Origin: the human T2T-CHM13v2.0 reference genome, Homo sapiens
Direction: 5' to 3' (one strand)
Assembly: GCF_009914755.1 (NCBI RefSeq)
Contig: NC_060930.1
DNA: 64,000 nucleotides
The position numbers and the translations under genes are program-made. Under the pieces are notes generated by a model. The model was given only the letters and a program-made list of their open reading frames with translations, made no database searches and was not told the origin of the DNA. This document shows positions 13,551 to 24,360 of this stretch, in pieces (the stretch's first letter is position 1; the number at the start of each line of letters is the position of its first letter).

Positions 13551-13639
13551 ATATAGCTCATACTGGTACCATGCACAAGTAGATTTGTCAAAGGTCAGGG
13601 CCACCTTCACTCAGAGTCTCTTCCGTTGGTTGCCAACTT

Positions 13640-14059
13640 GTAAACGAAAAAGTATGTCAGATAGGTCTCAATCAGTTTAGAATTTTCATTTTGCCAAGGT
13701 TAAGGACGCACCCAGGAAACAGGTATATGTACCTTTCTCAAAGATGATTGTGAGGGCTTCAATATTTAAAGGTGAGAAGTGTGCTAGATGGGAAAGAGGG
13801 TGTGGTTATCCACATGTTGCAAGAGAAAAGGAGTAGGCAGGAAAACAGTCAATTATGGATTCATCTCACACTCAGTAATAGGCCCTTTACATAAGGTGAA
13901 CATAAGACTAGCTACTTGAGGAGCTATTTAACCTTCTATCTGTAGCTATCTGCTGAGGAACAAAAGGAAAGACAGTTTTTTGCATGACTCAGCTTTCAGC
14001 TTAATTTTTTCCATTTGGCATAGTGAATTGGAGTCCTGAGTTTTATTTTCCTTTCCCAC
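13640..14059 (-). mobile_element. MER4-family LTR (5' LTR of the ERV1 element)
   Basis: TGTAAAC..AAAAGTAT..AGGTCTCAATCA..TTTGCCAAGGTTAAGGAC and terminal TTTATTTTCCTTTC. Confidence 0.7.
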
Positions 14060-14699
14060 CTCAAACCCCACAAGCTTTGCGTTGTTGCAGATTGTCCCTC
14101 TCAGAATATTTTACAAGATGGTGAAGTGCCTAATGAACATTTCTTTTGTCATAAAGTGAGTTTGGATCCTGAAGAAGCCATCATCTTAATCAGGCTTTGG
14201 GATCAAAGTTCCCCTTCACCCGAACCCTGAACAGCACAGCAGACAGGGAAGGACTTACTGAGATGGCTGCTCCCACTCTCCAGCCCCCACTTTCCTGACC
14301 ATTCCTGGCAGGAAGAGCTGCTGAGCAGACTCCATGGGCTGCCCACACAGGGTCTGGACCTAGCTGTCTTCCTGTGCCCAGCAGCCTGTGAGCCATCCCA
14401 GTCCCCTATGTGCAGTGGTCAGCACCCACAAGCCAGCCTTCATAGGGATTCAGTTCATGGGTGTTGCCCTGAGCCTGGCACAGTGGCCTCCCCAGCTTAG
14501 CATCTGCAGTTCGGGTCAGGGTGTTCTTAACGGCCCTCACCTATGCCTTTTCTGGCCACACATGAGTTTGGATGAAGCAGGAGTCTCTTCCATAGCTCCT
14601 TTTCATCTGAGATGTCCATGACTGGCTCAAGTGAACCACAGTGTCAGGAGAGGGGCACGGAAGCTGCACCCTAAATTCCCCGGGACCTGTGGCAGGCCT

Positions 14700-15380
14700 T
14701 CCTGGTGACCTCTGCCTTCTCAGGTGACTTCTGCCCTCCTGGGTGACATTAGTTCTCCCCTCTCAAGTGATCTGTGCCCTCCTAGGTTACCTCAGCTCTC
14801 CCAGGTGACCTCTGCCTTTCCAGATGACTTCAGTCTTTTCAGGTGACCTCAGCCCTCCTAAGTGACATTAGTCCTCCCTGGTTATCTCTGCCCTCCCTGG
14901 TGAACTCAGGTCTTCCAGGGGACCTCTGCTTTCCCAGATGATCTCTGCCTTCTCAGGTGACATTAGTTCTCCTAGGGGATATTAACTCTCCCAAGTGACC
15001 TCTTCCCTTCCAAGTGACCTGTTTCCTCAGGTGACCTCAGCTCTGCCAGGGGACTTCTGCCTTTCCAGGTAACCTCTGCCCTCTTGGTGACATAGTGTGC
15101 TCAGGTGACATTAGCCCTCTCAGGTGACCTCAACCCTCCAAGGTGACGTCAGCCTTGGTGAAGTCTTTCCATGATGACTTTGGCTTTTGCCAGAGGTAGG
15201 CTACTGCGGGGGCATAAGCCATATCATGCCATGAGCCACTATCCTGCTCATGTTCCAGAATGAGGAGACATCTGGGTGCTGGCCCAGCTGCTGGCCAATG
15301 AGAGGCTTGCCAAGCATGGTACTCTCCAAGGTGACCTCTGCCCTCTCAGGTGACACAGTCCTCCCATGTGACATTAGCTC
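14700..15380 (+). repeat. Degenerate ~20-bp minisatellite (GGTGACCTCTGCCCTCCCA-like) on both sides of a TBC exon
   Basis: Recurrent GTGAC(C/T/A)T units through 14700-15180 and 15330-15380. Confidence 0.85.
15193..15318 (+). pseudogene. TBC pseudogene exon remnant (Gln-finger exon)
   Basis: EVGYCGGISHI..ATILLMFQNEE..WVLAQLLANERLAKH versus TBC1D3 [40 protein letters not shown]; contains indels. Confidence 0.9.
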
Positions 15381-16021
15381 ACAGTGGACAGCTACCCACG
15401 AGGCATCACACAGCCAGGACAGGGGACGGCCACACTGGCTGGGTAATTGTGACTTACAGACAAGGCACCTTCTGTCCCCTGCTCATTTTGAGCCTCCAGG
15501 GTATCCCCTGCTGAGAGTCCCACAGGAGCCTGTGACTGGCCAGGGACCCGACACCCCAAGTCAGATGCCTCTTGTCCCCATCAGCAAATGGGATCACAGC
15601 TGCCCTGTGACCACCTTCTGCATCCTGGTGTCACAACCTTCTGGCCCTGACCTTATGCAGGGGACTCTTACAACCCTGCTGGTCCTTCCACCTCCCAGCT
15701 GGCCACCCTCCCAACCACCCTCCCTGCCCATGGCTAGACCAAGCCCAGATGACAGCTTCTCTCTGTCCTGTGTCCCCTGCCCTGACCCCACATCCAGGAG
15801 AAGGCCACACACCCTCCAGCACCCCTGGTCACCCCACCAGCTCCCACCTGTCCTCACTGCTTCAAAGGCAGGCCTGCCCTTCTGGAGCCATGGCCCTGGA
15901 AGCCACTAAGCAGTGCCTCCAGCCAGGCCCCAGGGGCATTCCCACCCCTCCTCTCCTGGCCGAGACCACATGATGGGGTCACTGGATGGGACAGTGAAAG
16001 GCCTTGGGGTCTGGAAGCAAC

Positions 16022-16090
16022 CACCACTGCCCAACTGCCACTGCCCAACCGCTGCTGCCCAACTGCCACTGCCCAACTGCCACTGCCCAG
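16022..16090 (+). repeat. Short tandem repeat (CCACTGCCCAACTG)n, about 4-5 copies
   Basis: Directly visible 14-mer repeats. Confidence 0.85.
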
Positions 16091-16151
16091 CCTGATGGCT
16101 CCACATCTCAGGAGTAGGCTCTGATTCCTTGGGGCCCCAGGAGCCTCTCAG

Positions 16152-16246
16152 GAGTCTACATCCCAAGATGTTCTAACTTCCAGAGTCTCCAAGCCCATCA
16201 AGAGCAAGTTTTGCTAAAAGTGTTCTGAGAGCTTATGAAGCACATG
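16152..16246 (+). pseudogene. TBC pseudogene exon remnant
   Basis: cag|(G)VYIPRCSNFQSLQAHQEQVLLKVF*ELMKHM|gtgagt versus USP6NL [32 protein letters not shown]. Confidence 0.85.
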
Positions 16247-16610
16247 GTGAGTGGTCAGTCCCTCAGCTCTTCCCCAGAGGCCCTGGGTCCCATGGGGTTA
16301 GCAGGGACAGGGGAAGCCTGGGGCTGGTGAGAGGCCAACTTCCAGCCAGGGCTTGATCTGGTTTTCAATGGATTCAAAGTTTGGCCTCCTTTTCCTTACC
16401 TGGAGGGGACAGAGGCACTGGGACCAGGCCAAGCTCTGGCTGAGCCAGGGCTAGGGGAAGTACATCCACTGGGGGCCCATGCCATGGGGAGGTGTTGGGG
16501 CACAGCCACCACTGTTCTACCTCTTGGGGAAGGGTCTGCAGTGGGGTCTGGAATACAGAGGTTTTCACGGAAGCCCAGGGGACCCTGAACACTTCTATTC
16601 CTTCTATCAG

Positions 16611-16676
16611 GACAAGGAAGGGTTGTGCATCCGGCTTTCCACCTTAAACTGGTTTCTATGGTGCTTCATCGATGAG
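16611..16676 (+). pseudogene. TBC pseudogene exon remnant
   Basis: cag|DKEGLCIRLSTLNWFLWCFIDE; donor mutated to ATAAGG; TBC1D3 has [22 protein letters not shown]. Confidence 0.85.
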
Positions 16677-17158
16677 ATAAGGATGCATAGGAGACCCCAG
16701 GCCAGGTACCTCCTTTCCCCACAGTGCTCAGCTCCCCCAGCCCAGGGGTCTGGCTTCCCCAGGAGGACCCAGCTCACCCCCACCCCACAGGAGGCACAGG
16801 CAGGTCTCTGCAGGGCACACAAGCCAGGACCTGTATGATGGGAGCTTTACACACCAGACACCAGGGAATTCTGGGCAGACTGGGCCAAGACCCATCTTGG
16901 AAGAGCCAAAGGAGCCAGGGAAGCCACAAGCCCTCAGGAAGCCCCTTATTCTGGGAACCACATTTCTGCTGAGATGAGTCCATCCCCATGAAGAGCTGCC
17001 GGACCTTGTCTGACCCAGCCTTATGGAAGATTGGGTGGGTCTCTTCCCAAGCAGAGGGAGCCTCAGGAAGTCCAGACTGAGGCTACAGTGGGCCCTGCTC
17101 AAGCCACCAGCCCCGAGGTTGGAAAGGCCAGGTCCTCCCACACCTGCTGTTCCCACAG

Positions 17159-17258
17159 ACTTCCTTCATGCTCATCCTGTGGCTCTGGGATGTCTACCTA
17201 CTGGGAGGTGAGTGTGTGGTGACAACTATGGTATACATGGCCTTCACAGCCACAGAAT
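17159..17258 (+). pseudogene. TBC pseudogene exon remnant
   Basis: cag|TSFMLILWLWDVYLLGGECVVTTMVYMAF versus TBC1D3 [29 protein letters not shown]. Confidence 0.9.
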
Positions 17259-17678
17259 TAAGTCCCTGGGTGGCCAATGGTGCCCAGAAGGAGCATGCAG
17301 GACAGACCCTGGGACCTATAGCCAGGACAGATTCCTGGCTTCTGGTGTGTGATGACCTGAGAGCAGCATCCACACTGTCCAGATGGCTCTCTGCTCCAGC
17401 CTGGAGGTAGGGCCAGACCAGGCCTGGTGGGCTGGGCAGGGAGTGGACCCAGGTACCAAACCCACTCCTGACACAACCCAGATGAAAGGCAAGAGTGTGT
17501 TGAGCACTTCCCTGCCCAGGCCTTCCTCCAGCTGTGGTTTTCTGTGAACATCTGGACCCCTGGGGCAGCCACAGTAGGATCCAGCACCGCCCAGTGGTGG
17601 GTGCCTGGGGCAGGAACAAGGTGCAGACACTGACTCTCCCACAGACCCCTCCCAGCCTCATAGTCACCCTGTCCCTAG

Positions 17679-17830
17679 AACACCCCCTGAAGCTGTTCCT
17701 GTTTGGCTTGCAGGAGTTCCTTCAGGACACACTGTCCTAGGCCTGGGCCCTGGAGGAGGACATGGTGATGAGGCACCCTGAGGCCTCCATGGGGGAACTG
17801 AGAAGCATGCACTGTGACCTGCACACCCAG
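17679..17830 (+). pseudogene. TBC pseudogene exon remnant
   Basis: tag|..QEFLQDTLS*AWALEEDMVMRHPEASMGELRSMHCDL|gtgggc versus TBC1D3 [28 protein letters not shown]. Confidence 0.85.
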
Positions 17831-18741
17831 GTGGGCTTCAGCACCAAGTCTCCTCCTGTGTCACCCTGCGGGGCAGTAAATAGTGGGAAGTGCCCAGACC
17901 TCACCAGCCCTGCTCCCTGGGCCTTCCTCCAGCCCCTCCTCTCCCTCCTCCTCTAAGAAGCTTCTGAAACCAGGCTGCCTGAGCCTAGGGCAAAAGCTGA
18001 CCTTGGGTTTACTGGACATGCCTCAGAGACAATGAGACGTGAGCAAGACTCTTCCAAGCCCCTCCCCTGTACCCTCCTGCTCTCACTCCTGAAAGCCCCA
18101 GAAGGACACTGGAGGGGTCAGATCCATCTGTGCAAGCCCACAACCACACCTGTGAGTACCAGCAGCCCTGGAGAGCAGCAGGGGGCCTTCACTCCTGAGC
18201 ACCCCTCCAAGGGCCTAAAATCAGTGTCAGAGACCCTAAGAGAATCTAGGGAGAGGGCATAGGTGAAACCCTGGCCCAGAGCCAGAATTGATTGCTCAGC
18301 TGAGTGTGGGAACAGTCCAGCCCTGGCATGGAGATCCCCCAGAGGAGTGGAGGGTGTCTCATCCACTGTGGAGATAAGCCCCCATATTGCGTGGCAAAGG
18401 GGCTAGGTAACAGTTAAGGCCTCATCCATCTGAGCTCTGAATCAAGGCTAAAGCCCAGGCTAAGCAGCCCTGGGGCAAGAGTGTGAGGCAGGAAGACTGA
18501 GTCAGCCTGAACCCTGGGGGCTGTCCCTGGAGTGACTTGAGCTTCCCTGACAGCTTCCCCACTCTAGGCTGCACACACACCTCGCTCTGGGAGTAGCAGC
18601 CTGCAGGAGTGTCCTCAGCATTAGACCAGGGGGACCACACGGGGACCCTGAGGACTGCAGGGACCCAGGTCTGTGGGGTCCAGCCTGGCAAAAGCAAGAT
18701 GTTCTCAATGGAAAAGCTGACCAAATCTGCTTTCCTTTCAG

Positions 18742-20217
18742 CCAAACCTGAGCAAGCACCCCCACCACCCAGGCCTCTGCAGATATCCCCCAGCATTGAG
18801 ACCCTCCCCAAGGGGATGGGCTGCTTCTCCCTGGCCCACAGCCCAGCTCCAGCAGCCCATGGGTATAGCCCTCCTGAAACAGGAGCCTCATCCTCCCTCA
18901 CCCTCACCTGGCTATGCTGTACCCAAGGCCAAAGCCCAGAGGCATAAGGGAGCTTCTGCAGAGCCCAGGACAGCAGGCTGCTCTCTGGGGGCCCTGGGGA
19001 CTCAGAGTGTGGCCAGCCCATCCCCAGCTCAGGATAGACCACAGAGTGCTTGGTGATTCCTGCATTGGAACTCCCTCTCTAAGCTCCCCATGGACCTGGA
19101 CCTCAGAGGCCTGTGGTTTTCACAGTAGAGCTTGGAGCAGAGATGCTAGGCCCCTATCACTTCCATATGTGTCCTGGACACCTCTAAGATCATAGGACTG
19201 GCCTAGCCCCCAATACCAGACACTGCCCAGCCCCCTGATAGCCCAGAGGTAGGGCCAGAGACAACTCTCCTGCATGTGATGCCTACAGCTGATCACTCTT
19301 GGCAGACAGTGAACATCACGGCCCAGAAGGAGCCAGGGCAGCACTTGGCAAGCTGCCCCAAAGCCCCAGAGAGCTCCTTAGACATGGAAAGTCAATACTG
19401 ATGGGGAAGCTGGACACTTGGAGGCCACTGGAGGGAGGGGTGAGCATGGTGTCCCCACAGCCCAGGCCACCCAGCAGCATGCCCTGCATCCATGGTCCCA
19501 ACCTGTAGGGCAGAACCCCCCTCTCAACGCACAATTCCTAGACCCAGAGGGCCCTAGCCCAGACTCAACCTGAGCCCTGAAAGGGAAGGGGCACCAGGGG
19601 TGCCTTGGGGCCTCCAGCAGCAGCCAAGATACACAGGAGATGGAGCCCCCTGTGGCCCTGGCCAGAACTAGTATTTGGCTTAAGGCGGAGCAAGCCCCCT
19701 TGGAGCACTGCGTACATACCCGGGGCCTATGTGTGCCTGGCAAGGCCAAGCTGATGATGTTACCAAGCTCAAACTACCACTGGCCACCTTGGTGAGGGTG
19801 GGGCAGAAACACGTGGACCAGCCACCAACCTCATCCATTCAAGGAAGCAGAAATGGTCAGGCTCCTGCAGGATAAGTGGCCACCACCAGACCACCAATGG
19901 GGCAGAGTTCTGAGGCCCAAGCAGATGGCACTGGGGCCCTGCTTCCAGGGTCCACAATCTGCTCCAGGACACAAGACTGAAGAAAACTAAGCAAATGAGA
20001 GTCCAGGAGGCTGGATCCCTCATCTGCCATTCTTGGCAGTTGCATTTTGTGGTCAGAAAAAGTCAGGAAACTTGGCTCTACTCACTGCAGGAGGCTCCAA
20101 GGTGGGACCAGAGCTTCCAGCATAGATTCAACAATGCCTAAGAATGCCTCTTCTTGGGGAAAAGGACCCCTTCCTTGGCCTCAGAGCCCCCACTTATTTT
20201 GATTAAAGCACAATAAA
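18742..20217 (+). pseudogene. TBC pseudogene terminal exon remnant plus 3' UTR
   Basis: cag|(A)KPEQAPPPPRP...; LGTQSVASPSPAQDRPQSAW*FLHWNSLSKLPMDLDLRGLWF versus TBC1D3 [48 protein letters not shown] at 20212. Confidence 0.85.
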
Positions 20218-21300
20218 GTCTTTGTTGTTATGTCCTGCCTGTTTTTGAGTTGCCCAGAGCTCTCTGCAGGAAGCCCTGGACATACTGGGGTGGATGGGAA
20301 ATGAAGATGGCACAGCCCAGACCCTGACCAGCCTCTCACAGCCTCCCCATCCCAAAGGCCGCAGCAGGGCCAAGCACCAGAAAGGCCAAGGTTCCCACCC
20401 AACTGTGAGCCACACTGCACTGCAGCCTCCCACTCTCAGGCAGATGCCAGGGTTAAGACCCTCCAGTAATTTCCTGTAATTCAAACTGCACCTGATAGGG
20501 ACCCCCAGAGGGCTGGGAAGGGAGCAAAAGTTGGAGTTCCAGTGACATTGCTCATTCATGACAGTCTGTACAAAGCATCCCTGAGAGGGTCTGCTGTCAC
20601 CTGTGTCTACTGTCCCTGGGTGGCTGGTCTCCGGCAGCCCTCCCTTCCTTTCTTCCCTCCTTCCCTCCCCACATCCCTCCCTCCCTCTCTTCCTTCTTCT
20701 CTTGCTTCCCTCATCCTTTCCATCTCATCTCCTCTCAGCATCTGGCAATCCCAGGTCCTGAGCCTGTGCCAAGGCGGGACACAAAGGACACCACTGACAA
20801 CAAGCCAGGTGACTAGCGGGGTCGGGGAGCCTTGTGGAATCAGAGTGGATGGGGAGGGGCTCATCTGTGCAGCCCAGGACTGCTGCCCCGGGAACAGTCT
20901 AGAACAGTGCAGAAGTGTGTGTCCCTGTGTGTGCACATGTGCACGTGTATGTGTATGTGTGTGCGTGCCTGTGCACACCTGTTTACTCAGTTCTGCTCTA
21001 AGTCCATGTCCACGACCCCAGAAGATCCCAGGTATGTCCTCACTGACGTCTGCTGAAATCAAGCATGGCCCCTGCTGGTAGTTATTGCACTGTGTAATGC
21101 CATCGTCGGGACCTCAGAGCAATAGAAACCAGTGGACCCCTTTAGGCTTTTCTTTCCAATGGGACATAAAGAAGTTATATGGACAGAAGTTATATCCTGT
21201 TTTCTTTCCATTGATTCTTTTACCACCTTTCTCCTCTTACTGATTTTGAATGAAGGGGGTTTTTCATGAGGGTAAGGTAACTGGCAAGAAATGAAATAAC

Positions 21301-21618
21301 AGCCAGATGCAGTGGCTCACGCCTGTAATCCCAAGATTTTCGGAGGCCAAGGAGGGTGGGTTGCCTGAGTCCAGAAGTTCAAGACCAGCCTAGACAACAT
21401 GGTGAAAGCCCATTTCTACCAAAACAAAAAAATTAGCCAGGTGTGGTGGCACGCGCCTGTAGTTCCAGCTACTGGTGGGGCTGAGGTGGGAGAATGGCTT
21501 AAGCCTGGAAGTCAGAGAGTGGAGATTGCAGTGAGCTGAGATCACGCCATTGCACTGCAGCCTGGGCAGCAGAGCAAGAACCTGTCTCAAAAAAAGAAAA
21601 AAAGAAAAGGAAAGAAAT
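21301..21618 (+). mobile_element. AluJ-type element
   Basis: Alu consensus with an A-rich tail. Confidence 0.9.
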
Positions 21619-22149
21619 GAGATACCGAGAAACTAGCAAAGCTTCACCTGGCTGTCTGGAGACAGCCCTTGTGTGGTCCCCAGCCCACCTCACAGGTTCT
21701 AGGCTGGCCACCCTGTGGCCTCTGTACTGTGTATCTGGACCCAGGCTCTGTGGGAAGGGTACCTGGTCTGACAAACATTCCTCCATTTTTCTGGCTGCAG
21801 CTTGGAATAGGCCCAGACAGCATGTCCAGGAGATGCCAGACAACCTCACTATATCCTGTGAGACAGGCCCAGTGGGCCTTGAAGGAAGGGGTGAGCATGA
21901 AGCTGGGCACCCAGAGCCTGAGACCAACTGTCCCTCCCTGTGCCCTGGAGGAGGGGCCTGGCCTGTCAGTGTAGATGTGGGGAGAGAAGGGTCTGTGGAC
22001 CCAGGAAGGGACATTGGTAGGGGACTTTGAGCACCACTGCTCAGGGGACATGAATGACAGGGTGGGAGGCATCTCCCATTTCTGCCCTGAGCACAGCACC
22101 CCTTTGACTCCTGAGGGCCACGAGGAGTCCACTCCCCAGAGCTTTTTGT

Positions 22150-23720
22150 AGAACCTGCATATGAGTCCATCAGAGGTGAGATTTGCAAATACTTCCTCCA
22201 GCCTGGGACTTGTCTTTTCATTCTCCTCACAGGGTCTTTCAGAGTGCACACATCATTTTGATGAAGTCCAATTGATCATTTTTTTTTCCTTTTATGCATC
22301 ATGCTTTTGGTGCTTATCTAACAAATATTTCTCTAATCCAAAGTCACACTAATATCTACCTTTTTCCTTATGCAAATTTTAAAGTTTTAGGCCTTACATT
22401 TTGGTTTATGATACATTTTGAATAATGGTGCCATGTATGGACTGAAGTTTTTAATATGCATATCTAATTGTTCTAATAGTATTTGTTGCTAAGATTGTCT
22501 TTTCTCCACTGAATTTGCTGTACAACTTTTGAAAAACAATTGAACACATATGTGATGGTCTATTCTGGACTCTGTATTCTGTTCTATTGATCCATTTGTC
22601 TAGCCTCTTACCAATACCATACCGTCTGAATTTCTGAACCTTTACGATAGGTCTTGAAGTTAGGTATTGTTAGCCATCTTACTTAATTCTTCTTTTTTAG
22701 AGGGTTTTTTATTTCTAATCTAGGTCCACTGCATTGCCACACACAGAAACCCGTGCCCTTGAGCATACATACATATGCAACACAAGTATAAATATATGCA
22801 CAGAACGACAAAGTGAAATTTATCCCAAGAATGCAAGGCTGCTTCAACGTTAAAAATGGGCCAGTATAACTCACCATATTAACAGATGAAAAGACAACAG
22901 CACATCATTATTTCAGTATATTTGGAAAAAGCATTAGACAAAATCCATCAACCTTATAAAAACTTCCAGTCTATTTCTATTCCTAAAAACTAGGAATAGA
23001 AGTGAATTTTCTTAAACTGATAAAAGGCACCTACAAAAACCCTGTAGTTGATGTTTACTGGACGTTATTCTTAATGATGAAAGACTGGATGGTTTCACCC
23101 CAGAGGAAGAACTAGGTGAGGATGTCAGCTCTCACTACTTGTATTCAGCATCCTATGGAGAGTCTAGCAGTGCAAAGGGCTCCTTCCTTTAGTAGACTCA
23201 GATTTCCATCTGGAGTCATTATTCTCCTGCTAGATGGATGTCCTTTACCATTTCTCAATCTGTACATCTCCTGGTGATGATTTCTTTCATCTTTTGTCAA
23301 TCTGAAAACCTCTTTATTCTGCCTTTTTATTGGAAAACAAAATTTTGACTGTGTAAAGAATTCTAGGTTGGCATTTTTTTCTTTAAAAAAAATACTTCCA
23401 TACAACTTGCAATTTTCCAACAAGAAATCTGCTTTGTATCTTTGATTCTCTGTACATATATGTCTTTTTCTTCTCTATCTAGCTGCTTGTAGGAGGACTC
23501 AGCTTCTCGCAGATAGACATGTATGATAAAGATGCAGTAACTACATCAAGTGTGGTATTGTCCATGGATGGATAAATAGACTGATGGAATAGAGCAGAGG
23601 GCCCACAGACAGACCCACAAGAGTCCAACTGTGATTGATCACCAAGGAGGAGCGTGATGGTGAAGGACTGTGCTTGTTATAATGTGCTGGGGCCTTTGGA
23701 TAACCACTGACTAAGTGGGC
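22150..23720. mobile_element. Old L1M fragments in both orientations
   Basis: TTTTGATGAAGTCCAATT..., TTTATCCCAAGAATGCAAGG and GAAAAAGCATTAGACAAAATCC L1 ORF2 motifs. Confidence 0.6.
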
Positions 23721-23960
23721 CAAGTGGCCTTTTGGCTTAGGCTGAAGCAGGATAATAATAACGTTATCTATTCATAGAATTGTTAAAATTACCTGGTTTT
23801 ATATTTGCAAAGTAATTAGAGCAGTATTGAGACAAAGGGAATCTTCAGTGAACATTTCCTCTAGTCATAGTTTTTTCCACCACTTGACTTCCTGCCCTAT
23901 TCAGAGTCTTATGTTTGCCAGGACTCAAGCACCTCCTTATGGGGCAGACTCCACAGGGCA

Positions 23961-24349
23961 TGATATGGTTTGGATCTATGTTCCCCACCCAAATCTCATG
24001 TCCATTTGTAATTTCCAGTATTGGAGGTTGGGCCTGGTGGGAGGTGATTGAATCATGGAGGCAGATTTTCCCCTCTGTGCTGCTCTCATTATAGTGAGTG
24101 AGTGCTCACCAGATCTGATTGTTTCAAAGTGTATAGCACCTCTCCCATTGCTCTATTCCTGCTGTTCCTGCCATGTGAAGACGTACCTGCTTCCCCTTCA
24201 CCTTCTGCCATGATTGTAAGTTTCCTGAGGCCTCCCCAGCCATGCTTCCTGTACAGCCTGTCAAACTGTCAGCCAATTAATCCTCTTTTCTTTATAAATT
24301 ACCCAGTCTCAGATATTTCTTTATAGCAGTGTGAGAATGGACCAATACA
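23961..24349 (+). mobile_element. MaLR solo LTR (MST-type)
   Basis: TGATATGGTTTGG...GAATGGACCAATACA; 5-bp TSD GGGCA. Confidence 0.9.
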
Positions 24350-24360
24350 GGGCATCATGG

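Larger units (their letters stand above)
8370..13639 (-). mobile_element. ERV1 (MER4-group) internal region, non-coding, with nested insertions
   Basis: AT-rich ERV-internal-like sequence ending in a PBS-like TGGCAACCAA (minus strand) next to the LTR at 13640. Confidence 0.6.
6322..20217 (+). pseudogene. Unprocessed TBC1D3/USP6/USP6NL-family (Tre-2/TBC Rab-GAP-like) pseudogene
   Basis: Ten collinear exon remnants translate to TBC1D3/USP6NL-like peptides, mostly with AG/GT boundaries; multiple stops and frameshifts; AATAAA at 20212-20217. Confidence 0.9.
16150..20240 (+). ncRNA. LINC01015: Probable lncRNA locus overlapping the 3' half of the TBC pseudogene; boundaries approximate
   Basis: Recalled position relative to GPR53P/OR2I1P/UBD; retained splice sites and AATAAA at 20212 with a GT-rich downstream element. 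Confidence 0.45.

Noticed and set aside
14091-14155. AG...GTGAG-bounded segment as the missing short TBC exon
   Set aside because: No recognisable similarity to QRELLHILLAYEEYNP in any frame
14700-15380. CRISPR-like appearance of spaced repeats
   Set aside because: Degenerate head-to-tail minisatellite without unique spacers, in human DNA with no cas genes
15250-22251. Many 150-250 aa ORFs in the GC-rich block
   Set aside because: Chance ORFs across pseudo-exons, introns and simple repeats; only short segments carry TBC homology
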